From an uncultured cyanobacterium (GTDB lineage Bacteria; Cyanobacteriota; Cyanobacteriia; Phormidesmidales; Phormidesmidaceae): a stretch of DNA of 64,000 nucleotides. Both the position numbers and the translations under genes were made by a program. A model generated the notes under the pieces. That model made no database searches. It saw nothing but the letters and a program-made list of their open reading frames with translations, and was not told where the DNA came from. Where the stretch lies: contig CAWBZI010000005.1 in assembly GCA_963793265.1 (NCBI GenBank), positions 128,001-192,000 of the forward strand, written 5' to 3'. Positions 19,890-31,600 of this stretch are shown piece after piece (within the stretch, counting starts at the first letter, position 1; each line of letters begins with the position of its first letter).

Positions 19890-20777
19890 CTACGGTTTAT
19901 AGCTGGCTTTATGGTCGCTCCGGCTCGCTTCCCAGCCCAAAAGCGCACCTTTGCGATCTAACCCCCACCGATAGCCGCCTAATTCTCCTGAACTACGAAT
20001 AACTCGATGACAGGGAATAAGATAGCCTATTGGGTTTTTCCCGATGGCAGTACCCACAGCTCTTGTCGCCTTTGGTCGATCTATCATCTCAGCGATCGTT
20101 TTATAGGTGCTCAAACTCCCTAAAGGAATCTGCAAAAGCGCTTGCCACACCTGAATTTGGAAGTTAGTCCCTTTAACCAACAGCGTCAGCGGCTTTTTAT
20201 CTTTTGAGTTAACCGAGCTAAAGATAGCGTTGCACAGAGGCTTGGTTGTTTGGCGATCTCGAATAATCTCAGCGTTCGGCCAGCTTTGTTGCAACATTTT
20301 TGGCGCATTCAAAATATCTGTTGCTTCTAAAAAATGCAGATTACAAATACCGCGAGGCGTGGTTGCCAGTAGCGCATTGCCAAAGGGCGTACTGTGAATA
20401 TCGTAGTGAATGACCAGACCTGCGCCGCCTGCCTTATATTCGCCTGGAGACATCGCTTCTAAAGCAACAAACAGATCGTGCAGTCGCCCAGGACTAGAAA
20501 GGCCAACATCAGTCGTCAAATCCAGCAGGGTTTTAGTCTCTATAATTTTAGACTTTGCATATTCGAGGGTAAGGTATTGCAGAAATCTTTTAGGACTGAT
20601 ACCTACCCATTGCGTAAAGAGTTTTTGAAAATGTGAGTCGCTAAGGCCAACGTGTGCGGCGACTGTTGTCAAATCAGGCTGGGTGAGATGGTGATGATGG
20701 ATGAAGGCGATCGCATTTGCAATCCGCTCATAGTTTTTAGCCTCTTGGGCCGTACCTTGTGTCACAGAACCATTCAT
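19890..20777 (-). CDS. AraC HTH + O6-methylguanine-DNA methyltransferase (Ada-like, no N-terminal Zn domain)
   Basis: HF.KLF..W.GISPKRF HTH and IPCHRV active site. Confidence 0.88.
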   Translation of the reverse strand: MNGSVTQGTAQEAKNYERIANAIAFIHHHHLTQPDLTTVAAHVGLSDSHFQKLFTQWVGISPKRFLQYLTLEYAKSKIIETKTLLDLTTDVGLSSPGRLHDLFVALEAMSPGEYKAGGAGLVIHYDIHSTPFGNALLATTPRGICNLHFLEATDILNAPKMLQQSWPNAEIIRDRQTTKPLCNAIFSSVNSKDKKPLTLLVKGTNFQIQVWQALLQIPLGSLSTYKTIAEMIDRPKATRAVGTAIGKNPIGYLIPCHRVIRSSGELGGYRWGLDRKGALLGWEASRSDHKASYKP

Positions 20778-20859
20778 CAAGCCACTCCGCCAAGACAACT
20801 ACCGCTTTCACTTTACCGACTGACTGAGGCTAACACCACCCGTTTCTGGCGATAGGCGT

Positions 20860-21282
20860 CTACTCAAGCCAGTTCTCTAGCTTTAGACCCTGAAAGTTCT
20901 GAAAGTCTGCGATGTTGCGGGTTACAAGAGTGAGGTTGTTGGTGGCTGCGATCGCGGCTATCTGTCCATCAGCATAAGGCGGCGTCCTTCCTATCTTGCG
21001 AAGTCTCGCTTGCTCAAAAGCGTGCCATCTCGCAGCTTCTAAGCCGTAATCAAGAATAAGCAGTTCACACTCTACATCGTCGATAATGTATGCCATGATT
21101 GCCTGCTTCTTTGCGGACTCTGGCATCATCAAGCAGCCAAACTGCATTTCGTAATACACCATCGCTGCCGTTGAGAGCGTATTAGCATTCTGAGTCAATT
21201 GATTCAGAACGCCAACGTTAGGCTGCGGTTTCAAAGGTTCTGATAGAACATTAGCATCTAGTAGAAAACGAGCTAAGACCAT
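20860..21282 (-). CDS. vapC: VapC/PIN-domain toxin
   Basis: FLLDANVLSE, DGQIAAIA..NNLTLVTRN..DF. Confidence 0.9.
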   Translation of the reverse strand: MVLARFLLDANVLSEPLKPQPNVGVLNQLTQNANTLSTAAMVYYEMQFGCLMMPESAKKQAIMAYIIDDVECELLILDYGLEAARWHAFEQARLRKIGRTPPYADGQIAAIAATNNLTLVTRNIADFQNFQGLKLENWLE

Positions 21283-21560
21283 AAATCGACCTCTCGACCA
21301 GGGGATTTATCTCTGACGTCAAAGATTGCGTCAAGGTCTACGTCATCTTCCCAGTTGGAAACATCATACTTTCTACGAAATTCTAGAACAGCCTGTCCAA
21401 AGTTTCGCGCTGGCCTTTGTAGACGGTTGTATTCTTCAATTGACAAGAGTATTGCGACAGGGTGACCTCGACGGGTAAGTTCGACGGTTTCGCCCGCTTC
21501 GGCACTATGCACTATCTGAGAAAGGCGATCGCGAGCCTGAGCAATTGAGTACTGGATCAT
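21273..21560 (-). CDS. Phd/YefM family antitoxin
   Basis: SI.QAR..LS..V...E.GE.V.LTRRG.PVA; overlaps the vapC start. Confidence 0.88.
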   Translation of the reverse strand: MIQYSIAQARDRLSQIVHSAEAGETVELTRRGHPVAILLSIEEYNRLQRPARNFGQAVLEFRRKYDVSNWEDDVDLDAIFDVRDKSPGREVDLWS

Positions 21561-21608
21561 AATGGCTATCTAAATGGCTATATCCTCAAGTTATAGCAGC
21601 CATACGTA

Positions 21609-24600
21609 TTACACGCTCAGCAATGGTGTTGCCCTAGCTCTAAACGAAGCCGCTTGCAGCGCTGCAACTGCCGCTTCAGCATTTTGCACCCTAAACTGCG
21701 ATCCCAAGCGGATAGCCTGCCGCTGCTCGCGCGTACGAATCACCGCAATCACGGGCGTCTTAGCTGCGAACTTGTTCTCACCTTGCAGCACTCTGAGCAC
21801 ATTGCGCAAACGGTATTGTTGTTCAATGTCGCCTGCAATCGCCGGATCTAAATCCACCATCACCATCCGAATAGACTCAATCGGCTCTGCATCATCTACA
21901 ATCATCTGCACCCGGTCGTCACGCCGATCGACTTTCCCCCACACCATCAAACGAGCATCCGGCTTTATATACTGACCGATGCGAGCATACGCTTTAGGAA
22001 ATACAACAGATTCGCAGTGCCCACTCAAATCTTCCATCTGTAGTACGGCCATAGAATCACCCTTTTTAGTCGTGACCGGCTTTACCGTGCTGAGCATGAC
22101 AATCGCGCTCAGCGTCACTTTCTCAGGCTGCTCGCCAATGCTAGCAAGGCTGATCGGCGCTAAAATTCTGGCCGAACGCTGAACGTCTTTTAAAGGATGA
22201 TCGGAGATATAAAAGCCAAGGAGTTCTTTTTCTAGCTTAAGCCGCTCCTGAGGCTCGTAGTCGGCTACAGCAGGTGCTTTGGGTGCAGACTCAAAGGAGT
22301 CAGTAGCCGGGCCGGTTTCAGCTGCCCCAAAGCCTGACATCATATCGAAGATGTTGCCCTGCCCCACTTCTCTATCTTTGGCGCGGCCCTGAGCCCATTC
22401 AACTACTAGCTCAAGGTCATGCATAAGCTGCTGGCGATTGGGTTCTAAGCCCTCTAAGGCACCTGAGAGAATCAGGGCTTCTAGGGCGCGCTTGTTGACG
22501 GCTCGAAGATCTACGCGATCGCACAAATCCGAAAGTGACACAAACGGCCCCTTCTCCTCGCGAGAGGTAATCAAAGCCTCAATCGCGCCAAGTCCAATAT
22601 TTCGGACTGCCGATAGGCCAAAGAGAATCTGATTATCCAGCGGCGTAAAGTCCACACCTGAGCGGTTCACGTCAGGCGGCAACACCTGTATACCCATGCT
22701 AATGCAGCTTGCAATATACATCTGCACCTTGTCCTGATCGCCGCTAATCGCCGTCAGCAGCGCCGCCATGTATTCAACCGGATAGTTCGCCTTCAAATAC
22801 GCTGTTTGGAAGGTGACAAATCCGTAGGCTGTAGAGTGAGACTTGTTGAAACAATACTCCGCAAACAACACCATCTGATCGAACAGATCGTTAGCGTTCT
22901 TACGAGGAAACTCATTCTTTCCTGCACCCTCAATAAATTTTTCCCGGTGCAGCTCCATCTCTTTTATCTTCTTTTTACCCATTGCCCGTCGCAACAAGTC
23001 GGCCTGCCCCAGAGAATAGCCTGCTAGGTCTTGAGCAATTTTCATGATCTGCTCTTGATAGACCATGATGCCGTAAGTCTCTTCTAAAATCGGCTTTAAA
23101 ATATCGTGAGCATAGTCAATTTTCTCCCTGCCGTGCTTACGATCAATAAACTTAGGAATCAGTCCAGCATCTAGCGGCCCAGGGCGATAAAGGGCAAGCA
23201 CTGAAGAAATATCTTCTAGTCCAGAAGGCTTCAGATCTTTGACAATCTGTCGCATTCCCGAAGACTCTAGCTGAAATACGCCCGCAAGTTCACCACCAGC
23301 TAGAAGCTTGTAAGTAGCCGGATCGTCTAGCGGCAAACCATCGAGATCGATTTTCACGCCCTCATGGCGAGCCTCAATATGATCCACCGCTTTTTGAATC
23401 ATGGTGAGGTTGCGCAACCCCAAAAAGTCCATCTTCAACAGACCGATTGCTTCTACATCCTCCATGTAGTACTGAGTGATTACAGAGCCGTCGTTGTTAC
23501 GCTGCAAAGGCACGATGGTATCTAGCGGATGCTCAGAAATCACCACGCCCGCTGCGTGCATTCCAAAAGTCTTGTTTGTCCCTTCGATGGTGATAGCCGT
23601 GTCAATCCACCGCTGAAACGTAACTGAGGTGCCCGGAATCAGCTCGCCGCTGTCGTATTTATCTTTAAACTCAGGTGCTGGCGTCTCGTCAGAGATCATC
23701 ACGTTGAGCTTGCAGGGCTTGCCCCGTGCAACCGGAATCAGCTTGGCGAGCTTATCAGATTCGTTGTAGGGAATATCCAACACGCGGGCCACATCTTTGA
23801 GCACCGCCTTGGAGGTCATACGGTTGAAGGTGATAATTTGCGCAACGTGATCGGTGCCGTATTTCTTAGTGACGTAATCAATCACGTCGCCTCTGCGGTC
23901 AATGCAGAAGTCGGTATCTACGTCCGGCATTGACTTACGCTCAGGATTTAAGAATCGCTCGAACAACAGTCCATGGTGTACCGGATCGATATTGGTGATG
24001 CCCATGGCGTAGGCAACCAGTGAACCTGCCGCAGACCCGCGACCGGGGCCAACAGAAATATTGTTGTCTCTCGCAAACTTGATATAGTCCCACACTACTA
24101 AGAAGTAGGTTGCAAAGCCCATCTGGTGCATCATCGCAACTTCGTAGTTCATTCGCTTCTGATACTCCTCGCTTAGCTCCTCTTTGCTGGTGATGTTCAT
24201 TCTCTCGAACAGGCCATCCCAGGCGACTTGCTCCATGTAGCTCTCTTTGGTGTGGCCCTCTGGGATAGGGAAGTTGGGGATTTGGGGGTTGCCTAAGATG
24301 TTATATTCTTCTACTTTGTCAGCGACTTCTTGAGTGCGGGCGATCGCATCTTCAATCACATCTAGCGGCAAATGATCGCGAAACAGGCGGTTCATCTCCG
24401 CTTCCGACTTCAAGTACTCCGTTCCGCTATACCGCAGCCGCTTATCTTCTGTAATTAGCTTGCCGGTTTGAATACACAGCAGCGCGTCGTGAGCTTCTAC
24501 ATCAATACAAGAAATAAAGTGAGAGTCGTTAGTGGCCACCACTTTAATATCAAGCGCTTTGGCAATCTTGATAATCTCAACGTTCACGATTCGATCTTCA

Positions 24601-25142
24601 GGAGAACCGTGATCTTGAATTTCTAAATAAAAGTCATCGCCTAGCAGATCTTTGTACCACTGAGCAACTTTCGTCGCCACATCCAGCCGGTCTTTCATAA
24701 TCGCCTGAGGGATCTCGCCCCCCAGGCACGCGCTGGTAATAATTAACCCTTCGTGGTACTGCTCTAGCAGCGCCTTATTAATACAAGGGCGCGAAAAGAT
24801 ACCTTTACCCTGCACGCCTTCTAAGTGTGAAACGGTCGTCAGCTTCACCAGATTTTTGTAGCCAATATCGTTCTTGGCAAGCACGAGCTGATGATACTTA
24901 GGGCGCTTCTCCTGCTTTGTAATATCGCCGTTAATGACGTACATCTCATTGCCGATAATCGGCTTGATGCCCTTCTTTTTGCACACCTTCAGCAGCTCGA
25001 TCGCGCCGTACATGACACCGTGATCGGTCAGGGCGATCGCATTCATTCCCAGCTCTAGCGCCTTATCTACCAGCGGGTCAATGTGGCTAGCACCATCTAG
25101 CAGGCTGTAATCGCTATGGATGTGCAAACCAACGAAAGGCAT
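21609..25142 (-). CDS. dnaE: DNA polymerase III alpha subunit, contiguous and intein-free
   Basis: PHP (H.HS.YSLLDG), [15 protein letters not shown], uninterrupted [12 protein letters not shown]-terminal OB fold. Confidence 0.97.
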   Translation of the reverse strand: MPFVGLHIHSDYSLLDGASHIDPLVDKALELGMNAIALTDHGVMYGAIELLKVCKKKGIKPIIGNEMYVINGDITKQEKRPKYHQLVLAKNDIGYKNLVKLTTVSHLEGVQGKGIFSRPCINKALLEQYHEGLIITSACLGGEIPQAIMKDRLDVATKVAQWYKDLLGDDFYLEIQDHGSPEDRIVNVEIIKIAKALDIKVVATNDSHFISCIDVEAHDALLCIQTGKLITEDKRLRYSGTEYLKSEAEMNRLFRDHLPLDVIEDAIARTQEVADKVEEYNILGNPQIPNFPIPEGHTKESYMEQVAWDGLFERMNITSKEELSEEYQKRMNYEVAMMHQMGFATYFLVVWDYIKFARDNNISVGPGRGSAAGSLVAYAMGITNIDPVHHGLLFERFLNPERKSMPDVDTDFCIDRRGDVIDYVTKKYGTDHVAQIITFNRMTSKAVLKDVARVLDIPYNESDKLAKLIPVARGKPCKLNVMISDETPAPEFKDKYDSGELIPGTSVTFQRWIDTAITIEGTNKTFGMHAAGVVISEHPLDTIVPLQRNNDGSVITQYYMEDVEAIGLLKMDFLGLRNLTMIQKAVDHIEARHEGVKIDLDGLPLDDPATYKLLAGGELAGVFQLESSGMRQIVKDLKPSGLEDISSVLALYRPGPLDAGLIPKFIDRKHGREKIDYAHDILKPILEETYGIMVYQEQIMKIAQDLAGYSLGQADLLRRAMGKKKIKEMELHREKFIEGAGKNEFPRKNANDLFDQMVLFAEYCFNKSHSTAYGFVTFQTAYLKANYPVEYMAALLTAISGDQDKVQMYIASCISMGIQVLPPDVNRSGVDFTPLDNQILFGLSAVRNIGLGAIEALITSREEKGPFVSLSDLCDRVDLRAVNKRALEALILSGALEGLEPNRQQLMHDLELVVEWAQGRAKDREVGQGNIFDMMSGFGAAETGPATDSFESAPKAPAVADYEPQERLKLEKELLGFYISDHPLKDVQRSARILAPISLASIGEQPEKVTLSAIVMLSTVKPVTTKKGDSMAVLQMEDLSGHCESVVFPKAYARIGQYIKPDARLMVWGKVDRRDDRVQMIVDDAEPIESIRMVMVDLDPAIAGDIEQQYRLRNVLRVLQGENKFAAKTPVIAVIRTREQRQAIRLGSQFRVQNAEAAVAALQAASFRARATPLLSV

Positions 25143-25814
25143 AGGAAGTTCCTCGCAATCACAAGGTAATAGAAGGACGTATAGGCTAATTTAGTACAAA
25201 ATTACTTCCAAAAAGCGAGCATATCAAAGGCTGCGCGAAAGGAGAACGCATTTGTACATGAAGGAAGAATAGCTGATTTGATCGCTATATATGGCAATCT
25301 TTTTAAAACTATAAGGCGTATGGACGCTAGAGATAGCGCCTATAGGTAGGGAGCAGGCTGAACACGATAGAAAGCCAGAAAGGTGGTTGCCTAAATAGCG
25401 CCCATAGGGGGCTACACCCCTCACAGACATCTTTGGTAAAACTATTTCAAGATTCGTCGATACGTACAGTCATGATTGAATTTATCTATGCTTTTCATTG
25501 CTTTTACTCAATGAAATAGGCGATCGCTCTACCCCACATCAGCAAACGAACACAAAGCCTCTACGTATTTTCAACTATGTCTTAAGAAATAGAAAATCAT
25601 ATTTTTGTCTATTTCCAAGGGTATAAAGCCCTCTTTTGAGTCTATCTCTTTAGGACGGTACGCCCCCGCTCGTAGTTCGACAATATGGCCACAGCTCGAG
25701 CGTCATCGACCCTCGAACGGTCAATAATGAAGCGACAATCAACAGAATCTCACGCGGTTAAAACCTCTACGAACAGCGCTTGTGCAGCCCCTAGTTTGTA
25801 ATTAAGGTTTTTTA

Positions 25815-26942
25815 ATGAAACGGATTATCTATGGTTCCTTGTCTGTACTCACTGCCGTTTGCACAGTGTTTGTATCAGCAAAAGCAGAAGTCTTCAATGC
25901 GAAAAACGAAGCAGCTACAGTTCAAGAAACAGCTCAAAAAGTACCTACCAAAGAGGCTTTGAGCGAGGCCGGTAGTCTTTTTGAGCTAGCTGAAGAAGAT
26001 TTTTCTAAAGGTTCACTTGCAAACATCAAACTGCCTAGTGCCCCCATCACAGGCGCTGCTGTTAGGCCACAGATCAGACCTAAAGCAGACCCTCGGCTAG
26101 AAGCGCAGCTTACCGAAGACGAGATGATTCAGGAGGCTCCTCTTGAATCAACGCCAGTCGTACCTGCGACACCAGGAACACCCAGTAAGCCTGATATGAC
26201 ACCACCAGCAGGTTCCCCCGAGCTAGAAGAGCCAGGCAACATCACACCAGTGTCGCCTAACGAGCCCGGACTTGACGATCCTGCACTCAACGATCCTGCA
26301 CTCGACGATCCTGCACTTGATGAACCAGGACTCAATCAACCTGAACTCGACGAGCCCGGACTTGACGACCCTACTCTAGAAGACCCTGCTCTAGACCAAC
26401 CAGGCTTGAGCGACCCAGTGCTTGACGATCCTGCTCTAGACGACTCTCCGGCTAGTGAAGATTTGCCCCCTATTCCTGAAAGCCCTGCACCTGGGTTCCC
26501 ACCGGCTGGCGTACCAGAAGATAGCACTTTTCCCGCTGAGCCTGTTGAACCACCGATCGAACCAGTAGAGCCGCTGCCGCCTTCTGATATAGAGCCGCTG
26601 CCATCAGACGATAATTTTGAAGATGGACTGGATGATAGTGCGGTGCCAGATAATGACTTTCCGGTAGGTGATACAGGTAGTGGAGATCGCCTCGTCGGAG
26701 AAGGCTTCACGGCGTTTCAGCTGTCATACCTGGCGCTTGGCGGTGGACTCAAAGAACAAGGCATTCCTGGTGGCTCGCTGCTAGTCAGTGCTTACAAACA
26801 GGGCGACATTTCAGCTGAAGACGTGGTAGAAGCGGGCGCAGTGGCTAATCGCCTGGGCACAAACGCTAACGATCAGGATGACTACACCAAAAGCGTCGAT
26901 AGATTCCTCAAGATCATTAGACGAGACGCCCGCACGAACTAG
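25815..26942 (+). CDS. Secreted Pro/acid-rich hypothetical protein with 5-aa (LDDPA/LDEPG) repeats
   Basis: Signal peptide, low-complexity middle, compact C-terminal domain. Confidence 0.75.
   Translation: MKRIIYGSLSVLTAVCTVFVSAKAEVFNAKNEAATVQETAQKVPTKEALSEAGSLFELAEEDFSKGSLANIKLPSAPITGAAVRPQIRPKADPRLEAQLTEDEMIQEAPLESTPVVPATPGTPSKPDMTPPAGSPELEEPGNITPVSPNEPGLDDPALNDPALDDPALDEPGLNQPELDEPGLDDPTLEDPALDQPGLSDPVLDDPALDDSPASEDLPPIPESPAPGFPPAGVPEDSTFPAEPVEPPIEPVEPLPPSDIEPLPSDDNFEDGLDDSAVPDNDFPVGDTGSGDRLVGEGFTAFQLSYLALGGGLKEQGIPGGSLLVSAYKQGDISAEDVVEAGAVANRLGTNANDQDDYTKSVDRFLKIIRRDARTN
26262..26445 (+). repeat. 15-bp coding tandem repeats (CTYGACGAYCCTGCA-like)
   Basis: About a dozen degenerate units visible. 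Confidence 0.8.
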
Positions 26943-26985
26943 AGCGGGGCTAAAGCCTGAAGAACCTTACGCACCTTGATTTTCA

Positions 26986-27020
26986 AAAGCCTGGCTTTGA
27001 ATAGCTGGGCTTTCTTTTTT
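26986..27020 (+). terminator. Intrinsic terminator
   Basis: AAGCCTGGCT-loop-AGCTGGGCTT followed by a T-rich tract. Confidence 0.6.
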
Positions 27021-27117
27021 GACAATTTTTTCGGCTCTAATCGGCCCTAAGAGGGAGCATAGAATATGTACTTTTAGATAATGTGTCCTCTTATCGCGCA
27101 AAATTTTTTCGTTAAAA

Positions 27118-27140
27118 CTAAACCAAACGGATTAGTTTAG
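27118..27140. promoter_or_regulatory. Dyad operator-like site CTAAAC-N11-GTTTAG, copy 2
   Basis: 27 bp upstream of the RND operon start; 20/23 identical to 6863-6885. Confidence 0.6.
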
Positions 27141-27167
27141 TTATATACACTCGGGTCACCCTCAACT

Positions 27168-28604
27168 ATGACGGCTTCTTCGGACTCATCGCCTGCTTTA
27201 CCTATTCCGCCCAGTCAAACGCCTGCCCAGCCTGACTTCACTGAGCCGGATATCTATCCTGGAGAACCCTCAGCAGAGAAGGGGCGATCGCCTCGTAGCT
27301 GGCTGAGTAAGCTGGCGCTGGCGCTGTTAGTCGCAGGGGTGGGCTTTGCGCTGTGGCGGGCGATCGCCGGGCGCGGTGGATCCGAAATGCAAGGGGCACA
27401 GGCCATTCCGGTCAAGATGGAGCGCCTGCAGGAGGAGTCGATTGAAGACAGTACTGAATTTGTCGGCACGTTGGATTCCCAGGCGGGTGTAAGCTTGCAG
27501 TCTGAAGCGGACGGTCGCGTTACGCAGATTTATGTGACCTCGGGCGAGCAGGTGCAGGCGGGCGATCCGATTGTGCAGCTGAGTGCTGAGCGATCACAGT
27601 CTGATTACAACGCGGCGCTCTCTAGCGTGACAGCTGCCAATGCCGGGCAGACGGCTGCTGAAGCACAGCTACGGGCCGCACTCGAACGCAGGGCTCAGCT
27701 AGAAGCTGATTTAGAGCTGCAAGAGAACGACTATGCGCGAACGGCAACGCTGGTAGAAAGGGGCGCTTTGGCGCAAGAGCAGTTGGATGAGGTGGTGCGC
27801 GATCGCGCCGTCGCTCAGGCCGCGCTCAACTCAGCGATTCAAGAAATTCAGGCTCTCAGCGCCAGCCGTGATCAGGCCAGTGCCACTCTAGAGCAGGCCA
27901 ACGCCAACGCCAACGCCATTCAGCAGGATTTGCTTGATAAAACGGTCACCGCGCCTGTCGCTGGTACCGTGGGCGATATTCCCATCAAGCTAGGCGACTA
28001 CGTAACCACCAGCAGCCAGCTTGCAACGATTACTCAAAACAGCGATCTCGATCTTGAGATTGCTGTAGACATCGGCAATTCTTCGCGTCTGCGCACCGGC
28101 CTGCCCGTTGAGCTTACGCTTGCCGGACAAGAGAACGTCATCGCCACTGGCACCCTCACGTTCGTCTCGCCAACAACCGACACCAACACCCAAACCGTCT
28201 TAGCAAAAGCTCGCTTCTCCACCCCTACACAGCCACTTCAAGACAACCAAAGACTCACCGTCCGCGTCATTTGGGACGAGCGCCCCGGCATCCTCATTCC
28301 GACCACTGCTGTCTCCCGGCTAGGCGGTCAAACTTTTGTCTTTGTCCCTGGCGAGCCTGAGCCGCCTGCTGAGGGAGGAGCTGAAACCGCGCCCCCAGCC
28401 GAAGCCGATGGGCCACCACCAACAGTGGCAAAGCTTAAGGCCGTTGAACTAGGCGACTTGCAGGATAACGAATATCAGGTTGTCGAAGGTCTGAATGCAG
28501 GCGATACCGTCATTACCTCAGGGCTGCTCAACCTGCGAGACGGCGTACCGATTGAGCGGCAAACAGGCGAAGCTAACGCTGACGAAGCGCCTGGCGAGCC
28601 CTAA
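27168..28604 (+). CDS. RND efflux membrane fusion protein
   Basis: TM anchor, lipoyl half motifs (GRV..I.V..GE.V..GD; APVAG.VG), alpha-hairpin. Confidence 0.92.
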   Translation: MTASSDSSPALPIPPSQTPAQPDFTEPDIYPGEPSAEKGRSPRSWLSKLALALLVAGVGFALWRAIAGRGGSEMQGAQAIPVKMERLQEESIEDSTEFVGTLDSQAGVSLQSEADGRVTQIYVTSGEQVQAGDPIVQLSAERSQSDYNAALSSVTAANAGQTAAEAQLRAALERRAQLEADLELQENDYARTATLVERGALAQEQLDEVVRDRAVAQAALNSAIQEIQALSASRDQASATLEQANANANAIQQDLLDKTVTAPVAGTVGDIPIKLGDYVTTSSQLATITQNSDLDLEIAVDIGNSSRLRTGLPVELTLAGQENVIATGTLTFVSPTTDTNTQTVLAKARFSTPTQPLQDNQRLTVRVIWDERPGILIPTTAVSRLGGQTFVFVPGEPEPPAEGGAETAPPAEADGPPPTVAKLKAVELGDLQDNEYQVVEGLNAGDTVITSGLLNLRDGVPIERQTGEANADEAPGEP

Positions 28605-28665
28605 GATAGCGCTAGGAAAGAGCCTCAAAAACAGGGCCTTGCAAGGCCACTATCCCTTCTTTGAT

Positions 28666-31600
28666 ATGTTTGTTAACTACTTTATCAAGCGGCCCGTTTT
28701 TGCCACTGTCACCGCGCTAATCATGCTGCTAATCGGGGCTATTAGTATTCCGACGCTGCCAATCGCGCAGTATCCAGACATCAGCCCGACGCAGGTTAAC
28801 GTCAGCGCTCGCTATATTGGCGCTGATGCTGAAACAGTCGAACGCGGCGTTACTACCGTCATCGAACGGCAGATTAACGGCGTGGAGGGGATGCGATACA
28901 TCACCTCTAACAGCAGTAACGATGGCGCAAGCAATATCGTTGTTACCTTCGACGCTTCACGCGATAAAGACCTGGCCGCTGTAGACGTGCAAAACCGCGT
29001 GTCGCTAGCCGAGCCGCAGCTACCTGAGTCAGTCATTCGCGGCGGCGTGACGGTCGCCAAGCAAACCAGCAACATTCTGCTGGCGATGAGCCTCTACACC
29101 GAGAACGAAGAATACGATGATATTTTCCTGAGCAACTATGCCGATCTGTACGTGGCCGATGCACTACGGCGGGTTAACGGCGTGGGCAACGTGCAGATTT
29201 TTGGTGAGCGCACCTATGCCATGCGCCTCTGGCTAGATCCGCAGCGATTGGCTACGCGCGGGCTGACGGCTGACGACGTGGTGAGCGCGCTGCAAGAGCA
29301 AAACGTTCAGGTAGGTGCAGGTCAAATTGGTCAGCCGCCTACACCAGACGATCAAAATTATCAGATCGACCTGCGCGCAGAGAGCCGTCTGCAAAACGCC
29401 GATGAATTTGAAGATTTGGTGCTGCGAACGGGTGAGGAAGGCCAGCTGATCAGGCTCAAGGATGTAGGACGCGCTGAGCTAGGGGCCGAACGCTACAGCT
29501 CGTTCCTGCGGTTTCGCGGCAAGCCTGCGATTGGCTTAGGTATTTACCAACTGCCGGGCAGCAACGCGCTAGAGGTCGCAGCTGGTGTCAAAGAAACGAT
29601 GGCTGAGCTGTCGTCGGATTTTCCACCTGGAATGGAATATGGCATCGGCTTCGATACGACTGAGTACGTGCAGCAGTCTTTGCTCAGCGTGCTGTGGACG
29701 CTGATTCAAGCCATTGGGCTGGTGGTGCTGGTTATCTACATTTTCTTGCAGGACTGGCGCACAACGGTGATTCCAGCGGTGACTATTCCGGTTTCGCTAG
29801 TGGCGACGTTCGCAATTGTCAAACTCTTCGGGTTCTCTATCAACAGCCTGACGCTGTTTGGCCTGACGCTGGCAACCGGGATGGTCGTGGACGACGCGAT
29901 TGTGGTCGTTGAAGACATTAGCTCAAAAATCAACAAACGCGGGCTCAATCCTGTTCAGGCCGCGATCACATCTATGAGCGAGCTAACGGGCGCGGTGATT
30001 GCGACCTCGCTGGTGCTGATGGCGGTATTTGTGCCCGTGGCCTTTTTCCCAGGCACCACTGGCGCGCTCTACCGGCAGTTTGCGCTAACGATTGCCTTTG
30101 CGATCGCAATCTCCACCTTCAACGCCCTTACTCTCACCCCCACCCTCTCGGGCCTGCTGCTCAGACAAAAGCAAGACCCCACTGGCTGGCGGGCCAAAAT
30201 ATTCAATCCCTTTAATCGCGGGTTGGATTGGCTGCGCGATCGCTACGGCAGCGTGCTCTCCACCCTCACCCGCTTCAAACCCTTCGTCCTCGCCGCCTTC
30301 GTCACCTCCCTGGTGCTCACGGCCTGGCTCTACACCACCGTCCCTTCTGCCTTCTTACCTGACGAAGACCAGGGCTACTTCATCACTATTATTCAAGGCC
30401 CCGAAGGCGTTTCACTCAACTACACCAGCGATGTAATGGCAGGCGCAGAAGAGCTGCTCCTGGCCCAGCCCGAAGTACGCGCCACCTTTGCTGTCGGCGG
30501 CTTCGGCTTTAGCGGTAACACTGCCAACAGCGGCGTTATTTTCACCACGCTTAAGCCGTGGAGCGAGCGCACGGGACAAGAAAGCTCAGCGCTCGGGATT
30601 ATCGACCGCGTGCGGGGGCCGCTGATGAGCACGACAGAGGCACGAATGCTGCCAGTGAATCCGCCCGCGATTCAGGGTCTTAGCAGCTTTGGCGGCTTTG
30701 AATTCCAGCTTCAAGACAGGCGCGGCAATGCCGGGCTTGAGAATTTAGTCGGCAGTATGGGCGCGATGCTCGGAGCCGCTAACGAAGATCCTGATCTGCA
30801 AAACGTCTTTAGCACCTATGCGGCCAGTACGCCGCAGATTGCGATCACTGTAAACCGCGATCAGGCAAAAGCGCTGAACGTGAACATCAGCGACATTTTC
30901 AGCACCCTGCAAACAAACCTGGGCTCAAGCTACGTCAACGACTTCAACTTAGAAGGTCGCACCTATCGCGTCTTTGTACAGGCCGACGAACAGTATCGAT
31001 CTGCGCCAGAAGATATCAATAAGCTGTATGTGCGATCGCGCAGCGATGAACTCATTCCCATGAGCAACCTCATCGAGACGACCGACACTGTAGGCGCACA
31101 AACCATCAACCACTACAACCTCTTCCGCTCCATTGCGATCAACGGGGCTCCGGCCCCAGGCGTCAGCTCGGGCGCGGCGATTGAGGCAATGGAAGGGGTG
31201 GCCGAGCGCGTGCTGCCCGCGGGCTTAGGCTATGAGTGGTCAGGAACGGCTTTAGAAGAAATTGAGGGCGGCAACCAGGCTCCGATTATTTTCGGGCTGG
31301 GGATTATTCTGGTCTTCTTGGTGCTAGCGGCACAGTACGAAAGCTATGTAGACCCGGTGATTATTCTATTCGCCGTGCCGCTAGCGGTATTTGGCGCGCT
31401 GATAGCACAGACGATTAGGGGTCTGCCGAATGACGTTTACTGTCAAATCGGGCTGGTTATGCTGATTGGGCTTGCTAGTAAAAACTCTATTTTGATTGTG
31501 GAGTTTGCCAATCAGCTTAGAGAGCAAGGCCGCTCGATTACAGAGGCCGCATTGGAATCAGCGCAGCAGCGAATGCGACCGATTTTGATGACGGCAATTT

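Noticed and set aside
28495..28665. Extended N-terminus of the RND permease as given by the ORF track
   Set aside because: It overlaps the MFP gene; the family-typical start is MFVNYFIKRP at 28666.
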